From NCBI GenBank assembly GCA_035084275.1, contig CM068746.1, forward strand, positions 41,726,001-41,790,000: a DNA stretch of 64,000 nt. The letters run 5' to 3'. The notes beneath the pieces are model-generated. The model did not search any database. It was not told the DNA's origin and worked only from the letters and a program-made list of their open reading frames with translations. Below, piece after piece: positions 12,773 to 25,788 of the stretch; position 1 is the stretch's first letter, and each line of letters opens with the position of its first letter. This DNA comes from Hydrolagus colliei. Taxonomy: Eukaryota. The position numbers and the translations under genes are program-made.

Positions 12773-13399
12773 GCAGATAATTTAACCAAATTATGATGTC
12801 GACTTCTAGTAGCAGCAGAATAACGGTAATACTTTGGCTTTGCCAATGTATGAAATCTAGTCATATAGACCCAGAGTGTTCTTGGTCCAATTGTATCGCG
12901 AGTTTAGACAGTGAATACCAACCTAAGCAGCTCCAGCGTATTTGTAGGACCTCTACATGGTGAGATAAACTAACCGAATACAAACCAGCAATTTATCTTG
13001 GGATCTAACTGGGTTTCATGAGAACACATCATGGACACATTATACCTCCGAGCCACAACTTTATCCTATTAAATTATCAAAACTATCATCAAGACTCAGG
13101 GTAGATCCCATTTGGGAAACACCTTTCTCCTGGATAATCCAAATATCCAACTATCAATTGATCGAAACACAGAAAACAGCATCTCAGTTACAATAACTTT
13201 CCTTTTCTTACAAAGCTACGAGTGTGTGTGTGTGTGTGTGTTGAGAGCTGAACCTCTGTACTTGACAAGACCAGGAGAAGACAAGATTGAGCAAGTTCTG
13301 GTTTGAAGAGTGGTTAGATATATATTGACCGGCAAAAAAGACTGGGGGAGGAAGTTGAAGTATTGAGTCCAGGAAAAGAATGAGTTGAAAGAGGAAATG

Positions 13400-13625
13400 T
13401 TGCAATAAACTGTATGTTTTGATTTCAACAGAGTGAGGATTGAGGCAGAAAGCAGAACAGAAGGAGTGAGATTAAAACTCACTAGATAATTATTTGCGGA
13501 GGACAAGTTTGCAGGGCTATGGGGAGAGAGAGGTGCAGTGGGTTTGATCTTTTCAAAGAGCCGGCACAGACTCAATGGGCTGAATGTCCTCCTCTGCGCT
13601 ATACAATTCTATGATTACTCTATGA
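13400..13625 (+). mobile_element. CR1 3' end fragment
   Basis: gggctatggggagag...ttcaaagagccggcacagactcaatgggctgaatg...attctatgatt tail. Confidence 0.75.
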
Positions 13626-14117
13626 TGATCTGGAGCAGGAGAGGAAATGAAGGAAATGGTCAGAGGATGCCTGTCAGACTTGTGAGGGGACGAAAGAGGC
13701 TCCTGGTATATGGGACATACAAGAACAAAGCTTGCAGGGTTCAAAAGGGGGTTTTCATGTGTGTTTCTGTCCCCTTTTTATAAAATGGAGATAAACGATT
13801 CAGTGTACTGTAATAGCATTATATTTAAGTGCTCTGAGACGCTCTCCTGCATTGAAGACGATATATATATGTGTGTGTGTGTGTGTGCAACTTGTTGTTG
13901 CTGTATATAAAGAAGTACATGTAAAGTACCCCTCTCCCCACTGGACTTGTTTAAACCAGTGTTTTGAAGTCTTGTTTTCTGTTTGTTGAGCTAACATTGA
14001 GTGACTACATCTGATTGGCTGTTGGAAACTGATATTGACAATCGTGCCTTAACTATGCTCGGATTGGTAAAGAAAGTAATATTCCCTGATAATAATTATT
14101 GTATCTGATGCAGGAAG

Positions 14118-14440
14118 ATGTCCTGTAGCTCAGTGGTTAAAGTATTCACCTCACAAGCGAGTGGACCTGGGTTCAATTCCCGGGCAGGGTGAAACGCAAG
14201 GGAAGTTTTCATTCTCCACACTCATCTGTTTACCAAACAGTAAGTAGGAACCCTGTTGTTAGTCGATTGGTGGATCTGTGTTTTTTATTTGGTCACTCAA
14301 TTCTCAACTGTTTGTGGGACACTGCCTGTGTGCAATTGACTGCCAATTTTGCCAACACATTATACAGTGAATTCACCAGTAAAGACGTGATCAGATGGAA
14401 TATCAAATGCAGGGTTATTATAATAATTATTATTATTACT
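14118..14440 (+). mobile_element. tRNA-derived SINE, followed tail-to-tail by an inverted SINE remnant
   Basis: gtcctgtagctcagtggttaaag...gggttcaattccc head, core and (tta)n tail. Confidence 0.75.
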
Positions 14441-15080
14441 ATAGTGTCTTATCACATCATTGAAACATCTCAAAGTGCCTCACAGAATGTAATGGAAACT
14501 GAATTGACTATATTTTGTGGTCAAAACCCGACAGCTGATTGCACACAGCAGTGTCCCATAAACAGGGTTTTAAACCACTTAAATATTATTACGGTGGGAA
14601 AATAAATACTCCAAATGACACACCAACCAACAATTTTTGGCTGACTTCCAAACAAGTAAAAGATGACGTTCAAAACAACAACAAAATTACATTGGTATAT
14701 AGTCCTTCATGTCGGGAGGACACATTCAAAAGCTTAGAGAAAGGAAGTATTCTCTGCTGTAGTGGATTGAGTGACTAAGTTATGATTTTTTTAAAAAAGG
14801 ATTAGTACCAAGGAAAGCAAACAAGCATTAACTAACAACCAGGATCCTACCTTCTGCTGGGTAAACAGAGGCATGTAGAGTAAGCAAACTTACCAAAGGT
14901 TTGGCTTTACCCAGTAATCAAACCTGGGTGGTGTTGCTTGCGAGGCAAGTGCCAATGCGTTATATTGATTCACCAGTATATCAGAATACACCTTTCAGTG
15001 TTTGATTAAATTGTTTGGCTTTGGAGGACAGCAGGGAAGCTAATCTGGTCATCGAACAGCTTTGAGAGTGCAATAATCCC

Positions 15081-15297
15081 GGAGTCCTGTAGCTCAGGTG
15101 GTTAGAGCACTCGCTCGCAAGTGAGAAACCTGGGTTTGATTCCCGGCAGGTCAGGGCGAAACCTTGGGCAAGTTTCCTTACTCCACATGCCTGATAATAA
15201 TCCTTTTTAAACCAAAAGGTCATTTCTATCCACTACTGTTTGTGAGAGTCTGCTGTACGCAATTGGCTGCCACATTTCACCCTCAAATATACAGTCG
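15081..15297 (+). mobile_element. tRNA-derived SINE, 3' truncated
   Basis: ggagtcctgtagctcaggtggttagagcactcgc head and core. Confidence 0.8.
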
Positions 15298-15367
15298 TTA
15301 CGGGTGTTAAAGTATCAATTCTTATTTTGAAATGAATAACTGTGATTTTTCGTTACTCAATCCACAG

Positions 15368-15508
15368 CAATACTGCAAACAAACTGCTCCCGATGGCCAC
15401 CTTGCATCCATTCACTGCCGATTGAATCATATGTTTGTCAAAAGTGTGATTGAGGTCTCGTACATAACATATCCGTATACATGGCTTGGAGGCAGTGACT
15501 GCAGCAAA
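15368..15508 (+). CDS. C-type lectin coding exon 3
   Basis: tccacag| QYCKQTAPDGHLASIHCRLNHMFVKSVIEVSYITYPYTWLGGSDCSK |gtaagt, 141 nt, phase 0-0. Confidence 0.92.
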
Positions 15509-16079
15509 GTAAGTATCACCTTTTTCTGGCTCCACCAAATGTATTTTTGTTAGTATTACTCCCACAATTTATTTTCCAATCTCTAAATAATCTATTTCCA
15601 AGATAACTGTATTGAGAAAGCAGGTGACTGGGTCCCAGGCCTGAAGCGTGTCGCGTTAAACTGGTAACTACCTGGTCTGCCTGAGATTCACAACTCACTT
15701 TGCAACCCAGCCATTGTGCAAAATACTGTAATAGTGTGTACCCCACAATACCGTACACAATACTGTAATTGTACTCTACATTACTCAGCACAGTATTTTA
15801 CAGATCTACCATTACACACAATGCATTAGGTTGCAATACTGGAGCATATACACAGTTTAGTATTGTACAAATAAACACAGTAAAAACTACAGTACATACT
15901 AATATATACAGTACAATTCTAATGAAGTGTATAAAGCACAATCCTGTGTCACTGTGCACAGCACAACAGTTTCCCAATAGCCCAATACAACATGAATCTG
16001 CAGTAGCATCGACTCATCCTTTCCTGGGATTGTTGGACACCTGGCGATAGGTAACTAAAATGTGATTGATTCACCGTAG

Positions 16080-16191
16080 GAGGGGATTTTTGTTTGGACT
16101 GATGGTACACCCATGGACCACACAGCTTGGTGTCCCAGTGAACCGTTGAACGCAAATGGAAAGGAGAGTTGTGTTGCACTCAACCACAAGA
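16080..16191 (+). CDS. C-type lectin coding exon 4
   Basis: caccgtag| EGIFVWTDGTPMDHTAWCPSEPLNANGKESCVALNHK +A |gtaagt, 112 nt; not in the ORF track. Confidence 0.92.
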
Positions 16192-16349
16192 GTAAGTTGA
16201 CTTTCTCTCATATGTATGTGAATGGTTCTTAATGGAATCTGCAAGAAACACAGAGGCTCGATGCCACTTCAAAGCAGATCATGTTTGAAAGGCAGAATTC
16301 TTATCTATGTAAATTTTGCGCTGACAGGCACCCTTCCTTTCAAAATATA

Positions 16350-16537
16350 ATAATAAATTGGTCTCTCGATTCACGGCTGTTTGTGGGGACGCTGCTGTGC
16401 GCAATTGGCTGCCGCGTTTCACCCACAAACTATACAGTCAATTCACTTTACAGTATATTCTGTGATGCGCTTTGTGATCAATGTGATCACAAATGTGATC
16501 AAGCGCTATATAAAATGCAAGGATTATTATCATTATT
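16350..16537 (+). mobile_element. SINE core and tail (5' truncated)
   Basis: ctgtttgtggggacgctgctgtgcgcaattggctgccgcgtttc...aaatgcaaggattatt. Confidence 0.8.
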
Positions 16538-17152
16538 GAAATGCCTTGGTGGTTTGATATATAATTTAAATGCATTTGGACATCCTCTCATGAAAGGCGC
16601 ATAAAATAAGTGTAAATAGTAATGCATTGTATAATTCAGCCCTTTACTGGTTGCTCACTTGCTGCGAACCAGTAACTTCTGCCAGTCAGATGATATTTTC
16701 TCCCAAACGAATAACGCAACATGATATTATTTATCAAGGAGCAATAAAAAAAATTTGACCTGGTAATGCGGAAATCCCTCACCACTCAGAGTATCCACAT
16801 CAGAGAATTCCATGCATCCCACCACCTCCACATGGAAACATCCTGCTTTCCTGATTCCAGAGGACAACGTATGGGTTGGTAATAGGGTCAGCACAGTGTA
16901 CGCTGGAGCACTGATAGAATTTAACAGTTAACATCTGGTTGCAAGTCCTGAAAGTATTGCCTGCAAAGCTTCCTGCTGGGCCCATCTTAAGCTTTAGAGC
17001 TTGGCTTGCAGGGTTCACAGGAGCTGGGTGGGAAGATTCCCATCGGGAGTGCTCTGAGTACCTTCTCTCCCTGCTCAGTCACTCATGCAATTCTATACTT
17101 CTTTCATGTATTGAATAGGTTTAAATCTCATTCTGTTCATATTTTTTTCCAG

Positions 17153-17250
17153 GTCACTTTCTCTGGTCAACTGAAGACTGCAGCAAACAGTTCAACTTTG
17201 TCTGTGCTTATAAGCTAGCCTGTCCAACCCTTGACTGTTCAGCTTGTTGA
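17153..17250 (+). CDS. C-type lectin terminal coding exon
   Basis: tttttttccag| (S)HFLWSTEDCSKQFNFVCAYKLACPTLDCSAC TGA; phase 1 matches previous exon. Confidence 0.9.
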
Positions 17251-17326
17251 ATCACATGAACCATTGGTTTGAATGGCCTGTTAGGTTGAATACTCAACCT
17301 GATGTGTTGGTCTGTTCTTGGTAGAA

Positions 17327-17332
17327 AATAAA
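17327..17332 (+). terminator. Polyadenylation signal of the lectin gene
   Basis: AATAAA 77 nt after the stop, followed by GT-rich ctgttttgtctgtttgtt. Confidence 0.65.
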
Positions 17333-17476
17333 GTAGTGAAGCGCTCTACTGTTTTGTCTGTTTGTTAATGTATATAAGTGAAGATCAATTATAGCATTTA
17401 AACATTCAAACATTCCTTGGTTCATTTGTATGGTTGACAGTGGCTTATTCAGTATTTCATCCATTATTTTTTAATA

Positions 17477-17640
17477 CTAATAATAATAAAAATAATCCTT
17501 TATATATGATATAGCACTTTTCACATCTTCTAGACGTCTCAAAGCGCTTACAGGAATATACTGTAAAGTGAATTGACTGTATATTTGTGGGCGAAACGCA
17601 GCAGCCAATTGCGCACAGCAGCGTCCCACACAAACAGTGG
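17477..17640 (-). mobile_element. SINE core and tail, antisense
   Basis: (taa)n...cagccaattgcgcacagcagcgtcccacacaaacag. Confidence 0.8.
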
Positions 17641-19270
17641 AGAAGGTTTGATATAATGAACACTGTATCAAATGAAACGGTTATTATTTATCCGAATACC
17701 CTTAGTACTGTATAGCACTATGAAGTTTCTAAAAAATAAATCTCCTTTCGGGGAAGGTAAATGGGGTGCTTGAGTTGAACTTGCATCACTAAGACAAATA
17801 TGATGTAACAAGGCAATTTTAGTCAATCTGCGGACGGACAGTAACCAAGATATTAAATATCTTTGACCAAACAATCTTGGTTAGACTTAGGAGTGTCGAG
17901 ACATCCTCATCCTCGGGAGCTAATATACTGGGTTCCCCCAGCTGGGTAAATTCTGTTAATTATCCTATTTCTGTTCACTCTTGGCAACCTTTATTGAGGT
18001 CATAAATCCAAAGCATAGCAACAACAAAATTACATTTATAGAGCGCCTTTCACGTCGGGAGGGAACATCGTCACACGCATTTTCTTCGTATTCATTTTTA
18101 CATAAATAATGGTTGAAAGGAGGGTAATACATTAAGTGACTGTTTAAGATTATCAAAGTTAAAAGCCTGGTTACTAAGGGAGCTTCTGGTGATGCTTTCA
18201 CCTTCGGAACTGAGTTCAAAGTTAAGGATTAAATTCTCTGTGCTGCCATGAATGCTCCACTGTGAAATAAAGTTTGGATCTTCTCAAATGGCCACGACAC
18301 CAGAGTAGAAATTTGTGTAAAATTCACTACAAATTGTACGTTTTACCCTCAATCTAAACTGTGTTGCACAAAATAATGTAGAGGTTGATTTATTTTGTGT
18401 TGGACCTATGCTGCGTCTGACTTGGGACTGTAGGATGGAGAAACATAGAGGATCACCCTACATCTAATCTGCGTTGTACTGGACCTGGAAGGGTTCAGTG
18501 GGAGCAGTGCAGAGGGAGCCTTTGTATCATCAAAACACACAGCATACAATTCTCACTTTACTGTGAAGCACTTTAAGACATTATTTTATCTACCCTGGTC
18601 TGCGGTTGATATGGGAATGATTGCTGGAGGAAGCTTTGCTCTGTATCTAAACTGCACTAGTACCTGACTGTTTGTGGTGGGTTATAGACATGGTGAATTC
18701 TCCGCAATGAGAACAGGAACAGTACCATCCCAAGTCCTTTTCCAAACCATTCAAAGGGAAAGTATTATCTAGCAGAAGTGAGGAGAACATTGGTACTATC
18801 TTTTTGCTCAATGATACTCCCATTTCCTCTCTATGGTCGCTGTGACTTTTTTTCTCCAAATGTTCCCACAAGAATCTGTCTGTTTGAACTCAATAGACGA
18901 GATAATATAATAATCCTTACATTTATGTAGCGCTTTCGACGTCTTATCGAGATGGCCACATACCCCACAATATACAGTCACATCTCCATCATAAAGTAAA
19001 CACCTTCTTATAAACCAAAACATGTGTATTCCCATCAACCACCCAGATGACTCAGTGAGTTTATCCAGTGAGTTGCTGATGAATACAAGCAAGGGAGATC
19101 CTAGGTTCATTGATGTTGGCTACATCTCAGCCCGATGGAAAAGGAGAAACCAGAGGAATAAAATCTGTACCAGAAGAAAACTTTTCACCGCTTCTCACAG
19201 TGTTTGTTACTGCTACATGTCAACAGAGGCTTGGGAATATTGTATGATGGAAAGGCAATAGAGATTGTTT

Positions 19271-19604
19271 GAAAAACTATTTCCACTCGTGGGTGAATCT
19301 GTGACTCGTGGTCACAGATTTAAAATAGTTTCAAGGCGCAGTAGAGGGGAGCTGAGGAGAAATTTTTTCACTCAGCGAGTTGTTCGAATCTGGAATGCAT
19401 TGCCTGAAAAGGTGGTGGAGGCTGATTCGATAACAACTTTTAAAAGGGAATTAATCTTTATTTAGGGAGAACGTGTCTATTAGGCATGGGGAGTGGGCAG
19501 GGCAGTGGGATTGAATCGCTCTTTTCAAAGAGCCGGCACAGACTAGATGGGCCGAATGGCCTCCTTTTGTGCCGTAAAATTCTATGATTCTATGATTCTA
19601 TGAT
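19271..19604 (+). mobile_element. Young CR1 3' fragment
   Basis: EKLFPLVGESVTRGHRFKIVSRRSRGELRRNFFTQRVVRIWNALPEKVVEADSITTFKREL identical to the ORF at 35272-36405; (attctatg)n tail. Confidence 0.92.
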
Positions 19605-20469
19605 GAATAGATCATTCATGGGGAAATGAGACAAGAACACTTGGCAAACAAAAAAGTTGTGTTTGTGGTATCTCATTGGACAGTGAGAAAACATAATTAG
19701 GCTCATTGAGACAATTCATTCCACAGCTCGTGTACAATCTAATCAAGGAAAAAGTCACTCCCTCTTAATTTATATCCAAACTCAAGATTGTCCAAACAAA
19801 ATATTACAAAACACTGATGCCGCCAATTGATTTCTTATGCAATTTAGCAACTTCCTATTTTCAAAATGTCTGAACTTGTTGCAAAACCAAATCAATGTTA
19901 ACCTATGAATTTGACATTTCTAGAGAGCCAATGTCAACAGCATCAATATTCTCATAAGGAGCCAAGGCACAACCAAACCCAACAGTGTGGAACACCTAAC
20001 AAAACCAATCCTTGGTACACAAGGAATAAACGGGGAATGTAAAACACTCCTAGATTTTTCTCACGATCCATAACGAGATATTACTCGTGAATCAAGTCAG
20101 TGCAGAGATCTGTTGTGTAGACAAGCATGAAAATTCTTTTGTACAACCCAGTATATATCTGATATAACTGTGGTTCTCATTCAAGCATAGCGTTCTGTAC
20201 TCCAGGCCAGTTCTCACTTGCTTCCCTTATATACCGGTAGATCATTTCATCAGGCAAATCTGAGTCATTCCTTTGTCATTTACTCATTGGTCCGGTCAAT
20301 ATGTATGAAACACCATCAACAATGATTAACTTCATTTAAAAGCATTGATTTAACTATGATTTGATGGTAATGGGATTGACTCACAACAGTTGAGAAGATA
20401 AATTGAATTAAAACATGTAGATTCAAAGACTCAATATGTTCCCTTTTTACATTGTAGAACGAACGCCTG

Positions 20470-21240
20470 GCAGACTGTAACAGCACCAAATTCCCTCCCC
20501 AAAGCCCATTATGAAGAACACCTCAAACACTCTTTTGAAGGCTATCTCCTGATCAAGAAGACATCCATCTCCCTATTCTGTGTTTCAGGTCTATTCATTA
20601 TGACTGCATTACAGGTGTCTCTGTAGAGCAGCTGGACCCAATTCCCTCCCTGAATCCCATATTGACAAGGACCTCAAACATGTAGTCATGAAATACTCTT
20701 GTCAAAGGCTTTCTCCTGATCCAGACTGATTAGGTAAGTTCCCACCTCCACTGTCCTGCACGTAAGCTATGGTATTCCTGAGCAATGTAAGGTTGTCAAG
20801 AGATCCTCTGGCCTGGAACTGTGCAGGTCTGGTCACAGTGTATCACCTGCTCCAGACTTTATCCTCTCAGAGGTCTTCTTGGCCAGGATATTATAGTCTA
20901 CATTTAGCAGCAAAATTGGCCTCCAACTTTTCATCACTTCCTTCTCATCTTCATTCTTAAAAATCAGGGTGAAGTTGCTATTCTTCATCGAATTCACCAT
21001 GATCCCCTCCAGTGGCATACTGTTGTACAATTCCAGCAGATAGGTCCAGTCTTATCCCTCCCACAAAACGGAGAACTCCAGCGGGAGGCCATTCCACCCA
21101 GGGGTCTTCGGTCTGAAGGGACATGACAGACCTTGCGATCTTCTGGTTGCCTTCCTGTTCTGTGCTCCCTGAGCCGTTCTCGTCCTTCAATCCAGAGATT
21201 AGAGTTCCCGGTTTGCCTACTGGAAGAAGGAATTCAAACA
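20470..21240 (-). mobile_element. Degenerate Tx1/L1-clade LINE RT fragment
   Basis: WRPILLLNVDYNILAK resembles the RT motif NWRPISLLNVDYKILAK; downstream DQTC.VPGR-like remnants; frameshifted. Confidence 0.65.
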
Positions 21241-21259
21241 CATCTCATCCTGCTCTATC

Positions 21260-21690
21260 ATGTGAACTCACCTTGGAGACAAGGAACGAGGTTTATGGGA
21301 ATGTGGCTGTAAGCAGCTGGGGCGGAGGGTGTGATGGGCAGGCAGCAAGCCAATGCCGCTCCAGCCGAGGCTCTGGGTGGTGGTTTGGGGAGTGAGGAGG
21401 TTGGAGAAGTAGTGAGGTTGCCAGCTAGTGAGTGGATTTGAACACGAACGTGAGGATCTTGAAGTCAATCCGTTCAGTGATGGGGAGCCAGCGGAGCCTG
21501 GCCAGTATTGGTGAAATGAGGCTACGTAGTGAACACGTTGTGGGAGCCAAAGAGTATGACTTTCGTCTTGTCCCTATTCATCTGCAAGAAATTTACACTC
21601 ATCCAAGCCTTGATGTTTGGCAGAGAAGCTAATAGAATATTGGCAGACTTGGAGTTGCCACTGGAGGAGGCAAAGTACAATTAATTCTGG
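21260..21690 (-). mobile_element. L2 LINE fragments
   Basis: gtgaggatcttgaagtcaatcc...tggggagccag is the antisense of the LHWLP...RIDFKIL motif. Confidence 0.6.
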
Positions 21691-22609
21691 TGAGTTTTAG
21701 GCACAGGTTGGCAAGAGCCAAGACTTGGGGACCCCAGGGTGTGACTGTTGGAGTATTAACCAGCTAACACAATGTGGCTGGCTATTGCAAGCTTTCCATT
21801 GCTTTTCAGCCAGGACCACCACTATTAGGGCTTCACTTTGCAAAGTGAACAGAAGCCGAGTGGGAGGAATACCAGACCCAGTGACCAGTCTGCCCTGCCA
21901 ATGGTCTGTTAGGACAACCAAGAGGATTACATGTGCGAGTGAGTGCGTGTAAATTGGGAAAGAACAGAATAGATTAAAGACATTAACTTTAATTGATCGC
22001 CTGCAAATAACTCGGAATGAGATTAGAGCCAAGCGCTTGCAGCTTCCTTTTGCAAAATGACAAACGAAAACACAAATAAATTAGAAAAGAGAAAAGGCGT
22101 AATGACGTATTTGAAAGCGGTCGATTTTAATTCAGTGACAGAGAGTCTTTTTCAATTCATTCCACCACCAGATGGCACAAGCAGTTCAGCAGCTAAAGCT
22201 AAAGCATTGCTTCGGGCACTGCCCCCGGCCATAAAGTGAGGACACGGTGGAACTCGGAACAAGGAATACTTCTTGACCGACTGGTTCTGCCATTGCTTTC
22301 AAGGCCAATAATGATCTTTGACAACAGCCCTGTAACACATGCAGCTTCTCCTCCCATTCCATGTGTTCAAGGCAAAACAAGTTCCAAATATGAGATGATA
22401 AAATGTATTTTTAAAAAATAATACTGCAAAGCCAATGGATGAGATTGCATGATTAACAGCTACACTCTGTTTTGACCAGTAATTACAATTATATCATTCA
22501 AAGAGAGCATGATAGAGAGTGCACCTGAGCTAATACATATAACTTTATGGTATTGCATACTGGTAAATAAAAATAAGAGGCACATGTACTCCACAGACAG
22601 GATAGAACT

Positions 22610-23020
22610 TAGTTTGGAGAGAGAAATTGTGAGAGAATCAAAGTGCGAGTCAGTGAAAAGGTATAATCAGAAAGAGAATGAGTGAATGAGAGATGTGAAA
22701 ATGTAAAGGAAAATAATCGTACATTAGTAATTCCGTGAATGTGTGAGAATGAGTGTTTGAGAGGAAGAATGTCTGAGGCCCAATTGTGTGAGTGAATGCA
22801 TGAGAATAAGGGTGAATGGAAAAAATATTCAAGTGTATGTGTGCGAGAGTCCAAAAATGAATAAGAGAAAATGAGAATAAGTGAAGTGAAAGTGTGTATG
22901 AATCTGTGAGACAATAACAGTGAGAAAGTGTTTGAAATTGGATGACAATGCGAAGGAATGCGTTTGTGAGAGTGAATGAGAGAAGTGAGCAGATTTGAAC
23001 ATGAAAAGATTATGTTAGAA
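22610..23020. repeat. Degenerate (TGAG/TGAA/TGTG)n low-complexity tract
   Basis: Repeated gagtgaatgag/tgtgtgag; explains spurious ORF 22609..23241. Confidence 0.7.
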
Positions 23021-24591
23021 AACTGCCAGCTCAGCTTTCTTAGCCACTGAAATGGATATGTATGTATACAAGTCCAACACATCATAAAATAGAAACAATA
23101 ATTTTTTTCTAAATAAGACTCTTGCTGGTCTACAACATTGGGCACGCCTGATGGGACGGCAGATTCACAGCTGTCTGTAAACTCATCTTTCAAAGCAACA
23201 ATAATGGGTTTGGTAACTATACGCTTATAAATATTATTCATAGCAAGGATGGGTTGGAACTCACTTCAACCTCTGTCAGCACCTGTGTATTGACACCACA
23301 TGCATCAAAAGCCCAAGAACTACCAATAAAAACTCACTCCCATCTAGCGATTATGTGAATGCATTGCTCTTTCGGTCTCAATGCAGTTTCTGGTTACACT
23401 CCGCCTTAGGGATATTCAACGGGTTGCCATCTCAAAGGGTAGGACACCAACGTCAGTGCTTATTTCCCTTTTTCAAACAAAAATCAAGCTCTCTTTTAGA
23501 GAGTTCCGAGGGTGACTCAAGCTGAAAGAGGTCAGCCATGAAATGTCAACTGAAAGAACAATTCTGGTCAAGGGAGGTCAAAGGGAGAATCCTGTCAGGG
23601 TCAAAGACAACAGATTCAGAGGGCGTCGTGACCAACAGAAGGTTAGAGGGTAACAAGACCAGAGCAAGGTCAGAAGGCCAGATGTGACCCAAGAGAGGTT
23701 AAGGAGGTCAGAGGGCGATGTCACTGGGGAAGTCACAGGGTGAAGTTCCAATCTGAAACCAAGAAAAGTACTGGTGAAACATGGCATTAATAAATGGGTG
23801 AAGAGGCACTAGCCTGAGATTGGCTCAAACTCGTTCATAACACAGAGCTTTACATTGTTTTGCTCTTTTTCATTAACAACATTGTCGAATGACAGGCAAG
23901 GCGGTCTCCAAAATACACACACTAGATATTCAACTTCTGAAGAGTAAACCTGAACTTGATTATAGCTGATGATTGCAAACGTTGAAAATGTTTTGGAAAA
24001 AGTAGGAATAACGAAAAACAAAATCCTGCATTTTAGAATATACTGGGAAGACTGATCATCTAAATTGTCTGAGGGAGGTCAGAGGATGAATCGATTAAAA
24101 TAACTAAGTTTTAAATAAAGAATAACAAGCAGCTAGTGTGCGACACACAAGACAACTCAGACCTCAGTACATGATACAGAAATAACACACAGTCTGCAGT
24201 GTATCACACAAAGCATAACTGATTTGAGACAGCGAGGAATATTCAGTCTGAATTAGAATCTGAATGATAGGTGACGCAGCCTTTACTGTGCTCTGGAGGG
24301 GGGGGGGGGGGGGGGGGGGGTGAAGATCCAGGGCAGCTGCGACTCGGGAAACTACAGTTGAAGTTGCTAGGGACAGCATTTTATGGCATGTTACCAGTCC
24401 ATTGTGTTCTGTTTGCTTTCCTGCAAGCAATCTCTGTCATTACTACTTCTTGTCTTATTTTACTTGGTAGACAACACATCAAGGGGTGAGGAAGTGTCTT
24501 AATACATTTAATGTATATCAACTGAAAACCATGCAGGGAAGGGCTGAAAGGTGTGATTCCCCTTCCCTCTGCTTCACCAGCTCCAAGTTTA

Positions 24592-24663
24592 AAACGCAGG
24601 CACAGGGGAGTATTGAAACGCAGGCACAGGGGAGTATTGAAACGCAGGCACAGGGGAGTATTG
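24592..24663. repeat. Three perfect tandem copies of a 24-bp unit
   Basis: aaacgcaggcacaggggagtattg x3. Confidence 0.95.
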
Positions 24664-25654
24664 AAGGTTTCAGGCACCGTGGAGAGAACATGATATTTAA
24701 GAAAATCTCACAATCCTGCCTGCACCCAAACTAATATTTAAAAAGTTTTAACAATGAGAATACTTTACCCGCAGGATTTGAATTACTGTTGCCTGCTTTA
24801 AGTAAACCCATTTCTGCTGTGTATTGTGTTAGCTGGTCTCACTCAAAGCAGCAGCAGTGCAAGCCACTGTGTGTCCCTCAGTCACCCTTAGCTCGGGAGG
24901 AACAAATCTCAGCTTCAAAATTCCTCAACACAAGCCAGCAAACCCTGCTGCAGGGTTGTCTGTGTTTTGTTGGTGAGGATGGTGTTGGGTTTGAGGGTGA
25001 TCACTCTACCCCATCCTAAATCATGTTTGTAGAACAGTCACTTGGCAAAGCATCGCAGAGCGCTGCTCAGTCCACTGAACAGCAGCTATCCCTGGAGACT
25101 CCAACACCAGTCTAATGGAGGGTAACTGTCCCTGGGACTCCAGCCCCATTCCTCACGCCCACCAAGTAAGTGGAGAAAAACCAGAGGCTTTCCATCCTGC
25201 AATGGAAACATTATGCAGGAAAGGGTGCACATTGTACAGGAACAAAATATGGGTGGGTCACGACACAATCTAAGGGTTCACTGCTTTGCCAATAAAATAC
25301 TAGGGTCTCGCTCAAGCGCTTAAATAGTTCCCCTTTCCGGTCGCTCTCTGTGGGCAGTGATGGCTTGGGTATACACGGTATTACACACAACAGTTCCGCT
25401 AATCATTCAAGTACCACAGTGTAAAGAAAAGGGCAACTGATCAACATGCCATGATTGTAGGTCACGTGGGGAAGTCTAACATCTATTTCTGACAGTGTCT
25501 TTATTTCCTTGGTTTGCATTATTTCCTGTTCTGATCTAACCCTTTTCCATAATACAGATCTGTTGTATTTGCATGATTACAGTACAATAAATAAGTCCCT
25601 TTTTCACGTTTCGCTTCCGTCACAAAGTGGAGGCCTGCACCACTATTGCTGTCT

Positions 25655-25788
25655 TCATTCACACGCCAGTTTACTGTCAAAGCTGGACAGTCCAATTGCG
25701 AAGGCCTGGAGGGCGCATACTGGGTAGTTGTAGTCCATTGTGAAAACATCTTCAGCTACTCTTCCAAACTGCATCACAATGTAGTCAG
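25655..25788 (-). CDS. TULP3: TULP3-like terminal exon
   Basis: ttctcaccag| (P)[46 protein letters not shown]. Confidence 0.95.

Larger units (their letters stand above)
10465..17250 (+). other. Gene span: secreted Cys-rich C-type lectin domain protein, 5 coding exons, 265 aa (ladderlectin/nattectin/type II antifreeze/REG-PRG2-like architecture)
   Basis: Exons 10465-10510, 12191-12591, 15368-15508, 16080-16191, 17153-17250 total 798 nt in frame with GT-AG junctions; CTLD motifs CY, AE..C, HLASIH, WLGG, W.DG, C, W...C, FVC. Confidence 0.9.

Noticed and set aside
15081-15155. tRNA-like sequences (also 6382, 9226, 10967, 14118, 28246, 50540)
   Set aside because: SINE heads followed by shared core and tail; mutations disrupt the cloverleaf.
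20112-20451. TG...CA-bounded segment, possible solo LTR
   Set aside because: No matching target-site duplication or second copy.
22609-23241. 210-aa ORF
   Set aside because: HS/SL-rich translation of a degenerate (TGAG)n tract; no domain.
24592-24663. CRISPR-like 24-bp repeats
   Set aside because: No spacers, eukaryotic context, no cas genes.
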